Below are positions 7,216 through 13,677 of a DNA stretch of 16,477 bases, one piece after another (the stretch's first letter is position 1; each line of letters opens with the position of its first letter). The position numbers were made by a program, and so were the translations under genes. The stretch is from Candidatus Micrarchaeota archaeon (GTDB lineage: Archaea; Micrarchaeota; Micrarchaeia; Anstonellales; Anstonellaceae). A model generated the notes under the pieces. The model worked only from the letters and a program-made list of their open reading frames with translations, had not been told where the DNA came from and searched no databases. Location of the stretch: positions 1-16,477 of the forward strand of contig DUFS01000001.1 of NCBI GenBank assembly GCA_013331805.1, written 5' to 3'.

Positions 7216-8409
7216 ATGAAAATGATGAAAATATTGGCTGCTGTGCTCCTTCTTGCCGTGCTGGCGGGAAGCGCGTTCGCTTCGGTGAACCCCAAGGTGC
7301 AGCTCCTTAACTATTCGCTTTCAGAGGTTCCTGCGCAGCCAGGACGCGTGCTGGCGCTCACGCTAAACCTGAAGAGCATGGAATCGGACAATTGCGCCGA
7401 GCGTGTGGCTGTGCAGGTCACAACTTCCTACCCGCTGTCAGTCAGGGGATCGGACACGCAGTACATTGAGAAGCTCTGCTACCTTGACTCGCCTGACAAG
7501 GGAACCTTTGTTTTCTATCTGCCTGTGGACAACCTTGCCACAAGCGGAACTTACCCTGTATCGCTTGCCACAACTTATGAAAAGCGCTTTACCAAGCTAT
7601 CAGAAAGCAACACCCTGAATGTGCAGGTGGGGGGCTCGCCTTCCTTTGTGGCTTCAGTCACATCATCCAACCCGGTAGATATTTATCCCGGCGACTCTGC
7701 GCAGGTGACTGTATCGTTCCAGAATACGGGCAGCAGCTTGGTGCAGTCTGCCCGCGCAACCGCATCTTCTTCAGGTATTACGGTGAAATGGGCAGGCAAG
7801 ACGCAGGACGTGGGCCAAATACTCGCAAGGGGAAGCGCCAATGCAGTATTCAATGTCGAGGCGCCCAAGGACCTCAAAGCCGGGATTTATCCCCTGGACG
7901 TTGTGCTGGAATACACTGGCGAGGACAGGGAGAACGGGCAGGCGGAGTTTTCGTTTTGGGTCCCTGTCAGGCCAAAGGCGGATTTCGCAGGCAGCAGCGA
8001 CGGGGCTTTTCTCATGCCTGGGCAAAAAAAGGAAGTTGGGATACAAATAACCAACACAGGCTCTGATGAAGCAAAGAAATTGTCAATCCGGCTTCGGCCG
8101 CTTTACCCGTTCAGCACCGATGGCACGGTGCGCTACATGGAAACACTTGCACCAGGTGAAACGAAAACGCTCACCTACGTGATAACTGTGGACAAGGAGG
8201 CTACGTCTGGAGGGCAGCTTCTCGGCCTTCTCATTGACTTTGAGGACAAGCAGGGCAAAAAGTATTCCGACTCGCCTGACTTTGCAATGGAAGTCAGGAT
8301 GCCCACGCTCGTGGATGACCTTTTCGCGTACTGGTATCTTGTCGTCATGGCAATCGCCGCAGCTGTGTATTTTGCCCGCAAAAGAGGAAAGAAACCCGGA
8401 AGGAAGTAG
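7216..8409 (+). CDS. COG1361-type S-layer/surface protein with tandem Ig-like domains
   Basis: AGGTGAT RBS before ATG 7216 and a signal peptide ending SAFA-S. Three beta-rich modules (PG..V.V.F/I.NTG...A pattern, G.YP), then a C-terminal TM helix and basic tail. Confidence 0.8.
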   Translation: MKMMKILAAVLLLAVLAGSAFASVNPKVQLLNYSLSEVPAQPGRVLALTLNLKSMESDNCAERVAVQVTTSYPLSVRGSDTQYIEKLCYLDSPDKGTFVFYLPVDNLATSGTYPVSLATTYEKRFTKLSESNTLNVQVGGSPSFVASVTSSNPVDIYPGDSAQVTVSFQNTGSSLVQSARATASSSGITVKWAGKTQDVGQILARGSANAVFNVEAPKDLKAGIYPLDVVLEYTGEDRENGQAEFSFWVPVRPKADFAGSSDGAFLMPGQKKEVGIQITNTGSDEAKKLSIRLRPLYPFSTDGTVRYMETLAPGETKTLTYVITVDKEATSGGQLLGLLIDFEDKQGKKYSDSPDFAMEVRMPTLVDDLFAYWYLVVMAIAAAVYFARKRGKKPGRK

Positions 8410-8468
8410 GCAAAACCAAGAGCAAAAGACGGAGGCAGTTATTTAACTATGGGGCGAGAATTCAGGCT

Positions 8469-10025
8469 ATGAGGGAATATAGGAATGCCCGCCAGAATAA
8501 GCGGGCACAACAACATTCTGTTTCGCGGTTCCAGCCTGCTGCCAAGGTTGCCCGCCGCCCGCAGGCAGTCGACCTGAAGGCAATTGCGCGAAAGGCCATG
8601 CTGAAATACGCCTTTGAGCCCACCTTTCCGCCAGCCGTTATGGCAAAGGTCAATTCGTTGGATGGCAGCCTGCCGCAAAGGGCTGGAAGCCAAGTGCGCG
8701 ACATGCGGGGGTTACTTTGGTCGTCAATCGACAACATCGACACAGAGGACCTTGACCAGATAGAATACTGCGAGCGGGCGCATGACGGGGAAATACTCAT
8801 TCGAGTGGCTATTGCCGACGTGGACGCCTATGTGCCCAAAGGCTCGGTGTTGGACATGCACGCGCGCATAAACACAACTTCGGTCTACACAGGCATAGAA
8901 ACGTTTCCCATGCTGCCGGACAGGCTGTCAAAAAACCTCTCCTCGCTTCCTCCTGGGAAGGACCGTCTTGCAATGGTGGTCGAATTCTCGGTGCTTCAGA
9001 AAGGCAATGTCCACATGGGAAAAATATACCCCGCGCTTGTTAGGAACAAGGCAAAGCTGGTTTACGAACCTGTCGGCGCGTGGCTGGAAGGCAAGGGCCC
9101 CATGCCAAAAGCAATCGGCGACACGCAGGGTTTGCAGGCGCAGGTCAGGCTGCAGGACGAGGCGTCGATCAGGCTTGGCAAGTACAGGGCAAAGGAGGGC
9201 GCGCTCGAGCTTGAAACCCTTGAGGCAAGGGCAGTCATCAAAAACGACCAGGTTCTCGGCCTTTATGTGGCTGAGGACGACAGGGCAAAGCGGATAATTG
9301 AAAACTTCATGATAGGCGCGAACGGCATAATGTCCGGATTTTTGGAAAGTGCCGGCATACCAACCATCCAAAGGGTGGTGCGGACGCCGAAATACTGGCG
9401 GGAAATAGTTGAATTTGCCGATGCGCGCGGATTTAGGCTGCCTGCTTTTGCCAATGCAATCGCACTGTCCAAATTCCTGGATCGGGAAAAGATTGCGGAT
9501 CCGGAGCGTTTCCCTGACCTTTCCTTGGCAATAGTGAAGCTTTTAGGCCCAGGGGAATATGTGATGTATGACAAGCGAAAGCCGCTTGGCCATTTCTGCC
9601 TTGCAGTAACCAGCTACACCCATGCTACCGCACCCAACCGCCGCTATCCAGACCTTATTATCCAGCGGCTCCTGAAGGCTGCGCTGAAAAGAATGCCTTC
9701 CCCATACGGAAAAAGCGAGCTTATGGAGGCATCGGCATGGTGCACTGACAGGGAGAGGGCAGCCAAAAGGGTGGAGCGTTTCATGACAAAGGCAGAGGCT
9801 GCTGTGCTCCTGGCAGGAAAAATCGGGCAGATTTTTGACGCAATAATCACAGGAGCTTCGGAAAAGGGCGTTTATGCAAGGCTTCTCGACCCGCCGGTCG
9901 AGGGCAAGATAATCCGCCAGGCAAAGCGCATCAAGATAGGCCAGAAAGTGAAAGTCAGGCTGGCAAACCTTGACCCGAAAAACGGCTTCGTGGATTTTGA
10001 ACTGGCCGGCAATCGCCCTGAATAA
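8469..10025 (+). CDS. RNB-domain 3'-5' exoribonuclease (RNase II/R family) with C-terminal S1-like domain
   Basis: SIDNIDTEDLDQ, VAIADVD, TSVYT...FPMLP, IIENFMIGAN, GHFCLAVTSYTHATAPNRRYPDLIIQRLLK and a C-terminal S1-like segment (GQKVKVRL...GFVDFEL). Confidence 0.93.
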   Translation: MREYRNARQNKRAQQHSVSRFQPAAKVARRPQAVDLKAIARKAMLKYAFEPTFPPAVMAKVNSLDGSLPQRAGSQVRDMRGLLWSSIDNIDTEDLDQIEYCERAHDGEILIRVAIADVDAYVPKGSVLDMHARINTTSVYTGIETFPMLPDRLSKNLSSLPPGKDRLAMVVEFSVLQKGNVHMGKIYPALVRNKAKLVYEPVGAWLEGKGPMPKAIGDTQGLQAQVRLQDEASIRLGKYRAKEGALELETLEARAVIKNDQVLGLYVAEDDRAKRIIENFMIGANGIMSGFLESAGIPTIQRVVRTPKYWREIVEFADARGFRLPAFANAIALSKFLDREKIADPERFPDLSLAIVKLLGPGEYVMYDKRKPLGHFCLAVTSYTHATAPNRRYPDLIIQRLLKAALKRMPSPYGKSELMEASAWCTDRERAAKRVERFMTKAEAAVLLAGKIGQIFDAIITGASEKGVYARLLDPPVEGKIIRQAKRIKIGQKVKVRLANLDPKNGFVDFELAGNRPE

Positions 10026-10066
10026 TGATCGGCCCTGGTTTCCAGATCCAGCCCTGAAAAGTGCGT

Positions 10067-10306
10067 TTAGAGCTTTTCCCTGCCAATGGACACTATTTTC
10101 GCGCGCGGAAGGCCTTTTTTCCTGTGCTTCTGCCATTCCTCGTACGGATACAGACGGTACATGGACTTCCCTATGCGAAGCGTCCAGCGCTGGCTGCTCT
10201 TTTCTATGGAGTATTTGGTGGCGGCTCCGACTTCAACAAGCGTGTAAATGCCCTTGCTGTTGTGCTGCCACTGCGCAACTATGAAAATCGGCTTTTCCTT
10301 TGACAT
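10067..10306 (-). CDS. Small basic hypothetical protein (79 aa)
   Basis: ORF 10067..10363. ATG 10306 follows GGGTGGT. It fills the intergenic space and has beta-strand-like aromatic/basic patterning. No family recognised. Confidence 0.55.
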   Translation of the reverse strand: MSKEKPIFIVAQWQHNSKGIYTLVEVGAATKYSIEKSSQRWTLRIGKSMYRLYPYEEWQKHRKKGLPRAKIVSIGREKL

Positions 10307-10436
10307 GGTACCACCCGCATGTATTGGGGCAACAGGGTTTTTACGGCTTTTGCGGGCTGGCACCGGAAAATTTACTCAATAATGGGAAATCGCATGTTAT
10401 ATAATGAGCAATGGCTCTCCTGGCAGAGGTGTCAGC

Positions 10437-10727
10437 ATGGGAAATGAAAAAATGGACGACTGCGGCTGCTGCTGCGAGGAAGAGAAGAAGAACCAGACAA
10501 TGACCGGCATGTGCCTTGAAATAGGCGACAAGGCGTGGTCAGCGGTCCTTCAGAGGAAACTGGAAGCAAAGCTTGAAAAGTCAAAGGGGAAAGAGATGGA
10601 CAAGGTTGCATCGGTTGCCTTTGAATACGTGACCAAATACTACGCGGCAGCCATGCAGGGCAAGGCGCTCCCGAAAAGCGAAACTGACGCATTTGAAAAG
10701 AAGCTCAATGATGCGATGATGGGCTGA
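10437..10727 (+). CDS. Hypothetical helical protein with N-terminal Cys cluster (CGCCC)
   Basis: TTATATAA at 10397-10404 and GAGGTG at 10426-10431 support ATG 10437. Followed by a T-rich tract. Confidence 0.75.
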   Translation: MGNEKMDDCGCCCEEEKKNQTMTGMCLEIGDKAWSAVLQRKLEAKLEKSKGKEMDKVASVAFEYVTKYYAAAMQGKALPKSETDAFEKKLNDAMMG

Positions 10728-10757
10728 CTTTTCCCCTTTTTTATCTTTCTTTTTGTT
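10728..10757 (+). terminator. Archaeal-type oligo-T/pyrimidine terminator
   Basis: cttttccccttttttatctttctttttgtt lies directly after the stop codon, between convergent genes. Confidence 0.55.
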
Positions 10758-10778
10758 CCCCGCCAAAGCGCAAGCAGC

Positions 10779-12083
10779 CTACAGGTAGCCCCAGCTAGAG
10801 AGCTTGTCGCGCTCCTCTGCCCAGCGCCTGCCTATGTCAGTCCTGTAGAACATGTTGGGGATCATGATGTTCTTCACCCGATTGTAGGTAACGCTGCGGG
10901 CTTCTTCCATGGTGGTGCCCGAGCCCGTGACCACAAGCGCATAGCCGCTGTTTCCGGCAAGCTTCCAATCGTTCTCATCCAGCTTCACGTCGCCTAAATG
11001 TATGCCCTCGTAAGCGTGCTTCTTGAAGATTATTGATGCGTCCTCCGAATACTTCTTGAACGCACGCGGGTCATCGAACGGGAAGGGGGGCACTGCCACC
11101 ACCACCCCAACTTCAAATGCGCGCTTGGTACGGAATTCTGGCTTCTCCTTCTTAGCAATGCCGTAAAGGAAACTCCCCAACTCGGAAAGCACTCCTTCCA
11201 TCATTATGCTGATGTGCGGGTAGCCGAAGCGCGAGGTGAATTCCAGGGGGTATACTCCGCGCGAGTTCACTATGCAGTTGAGGTCAATGTAGCCCACGTA
11301 GCCTGATTCCGCAAGCTTTGGCTTCATTCTGGCAAGGGTGGAATTGAAAAGCGGGCTGTCCGCAGTGAAGAACATCGCAGTGCCCATCTCCCCAGTGGAT
11401 GGCCCAAGCTCACCAGGAAACATTCTCTTGTGCTCGAAATTCACGTTCACAGGACCTACGAATTCCGCACCGTTGAAAAACGCGCCCACAGCCACTTCCA
11501 CTCCAGAAATGAACTTCTGCAGCTGGAACACGCTTATCTTCTTGCTCCAGTTCTTCTTGTAGCGCTGTAGCATGTCGGTTATGTCCTTGCCGTCCTCTTC
11601 CTGGCCCACGAAAAGAAGCTCCTTTTCGTTCTGCGCAAGTCCCGAGGGCTTGATAACATAGCGGTCGGGATTCTTTTTTATGAATTCAATTGCGTCGTCA
11701 AAAGAGGTGAAGTTCCAGCGGGGGATTATTGATATGCCAGCAAGCTCCAGCTCCTTTTGCCCGAACTCGCGGTCCAGCTCAAGGTTATCGGTATAGGGGC
11801 TGCCGCCCACCACGTGCTTTCCCGCCTTGCGAAGCTCGTCAGCCTCCTTGCCAAATCCGAAGTCGTCAAAAACAATCACGTCAGCCCAGTCCTTGTGCTC
11901 CTGCCAGGAGTCGCACTTGTCCACGAATCCGTCGCACACGTCCTTCTGGTCCTTGTTGGTGATGTAGTACTTCACTTCGTGGCCTTCTTTCTTCACATGC
12001 CAGGCAAGGTCGCCGATAAGAGCGTCGATGGAGACAAAAAGGAACTTCAGCTTCTTTTTTTCAGTGCCGTTTCCATTGTTCAT
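10779..12083 (-). CDS. PurD (phosphoribosylamine-glycine ligase)-like ATP-grasp ligase, divergent subfamily
   Basis: LELDREFGQ, YVIKPSGLAQ, FISGVEV, EHKRMFPGELGPSTGEMG, LEFTSRFGYP, a GARS C-domain and MFYRTDIG. Several canonical PurD motifs are altered. Confidence 0.85.
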   Translation of the reverse strand: MNNGNGTEKKKLKFLFVSIDALIGDLAWHVKKEGHEVKYYITNKDQKDVCDGFVDKCDSWQEHKDWADVIVFDDFGFGKEADELRKAGKHVVGGSPYTDNLELDREFGQKELELAGISIIPRWNFTSFDDAIEFIKKNPDRYVIKPSGLAQNEKELLFVGQEEDGKDITDMLQRYKKNWSKKISVFQLQKFISGVEVAVGAFFNGAEFVGPVNVNFEHKRMFPGELGPSTGEMGTAMFFTADSPLFNSTLARMKPKLAESGYVGYIDLNCIVNSRGVYPLEFTSRFGYPHISIMMEGVLSELGSFLYGIAKKEKPEFRTKRAFEVGVVVAVPPFPFDDPRAFKKYSEDASIIFKKHAYEGIHLGDVKLDENDWKLAGNSGYALVVTGSGTTMEEARSVTYNRVKNIMIPNMFYRTDIGRRWAEERDKLSSWGYL

Positions 12084-12137
12084 TGCTGGAATATTGTGCA
12101 GGAATGCTTTTTATGCAGTATGTTGCAAATGCCGCTT

Positions 12138-12938
12138 ATGAAAAATATGACAAAGCTCCTTGCCAGCATGGAAAAGCGGCACCTGAACGGCGAGACGCTT
12201 CGCGGACCGCGCCCTTCATTCATATTCAACGAGCTGATGCGCCGCGGCTGCAGGCCCATGAAGGACCAGTGCGGCAACATCTGGGTGGAAAAGGGCAGCG
12301 GAAGACCGGTCATTGCGTTTTCTTCGCATATGGACGTTGACCCGAGAATAAAGAAGGAGGAGCTGAAGAAGTCCAAGGTCGGCAAAGGAAGGGTCGCAGA
12401 AGGAGTGCTGGACAACGCGGTGGGCTGCACGCTCAACCTGCTTCTTGCGGACAAGGGCCCGAAAAAGGGCAGGGGAATTTACATTTTCACGGTTTCCGAA
12501 GAGATTAGGAGGGACAACCCGCGCTTGTTCGCCAAAAGCGCAAGGGAAGTCGTGAAGGACATGAGGCAGATGGGAATCAAGCCCGACCTCTGCGTCACAA
12601 TAGACGTCACCTATCCAAAACTTCTGCTGCCTCACTTTAAAATGGACTGGAACAGGACCCATGACGAGCTTTTCCTGAGTTCTGACGCCACGCACTGCTA
12701 CCTGGACGGCTATTTCACGCGCGCATCGAAAAAAATCGGCGAAAGGCTGGTGAGGAAATTCAGGAACAGTAAGGTAAAGGTAAGGAATCTCCCGGGGCAT
12801 GACGAGGCTGCGATTTACAGGAGGATTGCGCCTTCTTTTGCCTTTGGGCCGGTTGTTTTTGGAGGCTTTGACAGGCCTGGGCAGAGAATGCCCATGGCGC
12901 ACATGAGAACGGCGTTTCGGTTCCTTCGCTCTATTTGA
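12138..12938 (+). CDS. M20/M28/M42-like zinc metallohydrolase
   Basis: DQCGNIWV, FSSHMDVD, GVLDNAVG, FTVSEEI, VTIDVT and HDEA. The part of ORF 11757..12938 before ~12120 is antisense to the PurD-like gene. TTTTTATG at 12108-12115 fits a leaderless start near 12138. Confidence 0.8.
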   Translation: MKNMTKLLASMEKRHLNGETLRGPRPSFIFNELMRRGCRPMKDQCGNIWVEKGSGRPVIAFSSHMDVDPRIKKEELKKSKVGKGRVAEGVLDNAVGCTLNLLLADKGPKKGRGIYIFTVSEEIRRDNPRLFAKSAREVVKDMRQMGIKPDLCVTIDVTYPKLLLPHFKMDWNRTHDELFLSSDATHCYLDGYFTRASKKIGERLVRKFRNSKVKVRNLPGHDEAAIYRRIAPSFAFGPVVFGGFDRPGQRMPMAHMRTAFRFLRSI

Positions 12939-13001
12939 AATCGCAAGGGTTTTCACTTGTTTTGAGAAAGATATTTATTCCCTACCCGAGAATTTTGGCC
13001 C

Positions 13002-13671
13002 ATGGGCTCGATGAAAATCGAACTGAAGGCATTCCTACTGTTCGCTGCAGGAATAGTTGTTATCGGCGCCATGCTGTTCATACCTGCGGGAACGCTTGAT
13101 TGTTGGCAGGCATAGGCGTACATGGCAGTGATTTTTGTCCCTGTGGTATTTGTCCTCTCATATTTCCTGAAGCATGACCCTGATTTCCTGGAAAGAAGGC
13201 TCCAGATGAAGGAGAAGGAGCAGAAGCTTATCCAGAAAGTGGGTGCAATAATTTTCTTTAATCGGCTTTCTGCTTCCTGGCTTGGACAAGCGGTTTGGAT
13301 GGTCGAACGTACCCTTTGAGCTGGTTGTCGCTGCTGACATTGTGGTTGTGCTCGGATACGGGCTGATTTTCCTTGTTTTCAAGGAGAATAGCTTCGCGGG
13401 CCGCACGATAAAAGTTGAAAAGGGGCAAAAAGTCATCTCAACCGGCCCATATTCGATTATCAGGCACCCGATGTACCTGGGCGTGCTGTTCATGTACCTG
13501 GCAACGCCCATTGCGCTCGGCTCTTACTGGGCTATCCTGCCGTTTCTGCTGACTATTCCCATGCTTGCTTACAGGATAAGAAACGAAGAGAAAGTGCTTG
13601 GAAGGGAGCTGAAAGGATACATGGAATACTGCAAGAAAGTTAGGTTCCACCTAATACCGAACGTTTGGTGA
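13002..13671 (+). pseudogene. Isoprenylcysteine carboxyl methyltransferase / PEMT-family membrane methyltransferase, disrupted
   Basis: From ATG 13002 it reads ...LFIPAGTLDCWQA*AYMAV, with TAG at 13113-13115 where Trp is expected. An extra T at ~13257-13259 shifts the frame, and removing it gives IIFLIGFLLPGLDKRFGWS. The 3' part has VISTGPYSIIRHPMYLG, RIRNEEKVL and Y.EYCKKVRFHLIP. Confidence 0.88.
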
Positions 13672-13677
13672 GCCTTT

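Noticed and set aside
10404..10436. Upstream ATG 10404 as start of the Cys-cluster protein
   Set aside because: It overlaps the TATA box, and a GAGGTG RBS supports ATG 10437.
11757..12137. N-terminal 127 aa of the 393-aa ORF, suggesting a long overlap or fusion with the hydrolase
   Set aside because: It is mostly the stop-free antisense of the PurD-like gene. Hydrolase-like sequence begins only after about 12138.
13113..13115. In-frame TAG as pyrrolysine or stop-codon reassignment
   Set aside because: It sits at an expected Trp position, the gene also has a frameshift, and TAG terminates other genes in the window.
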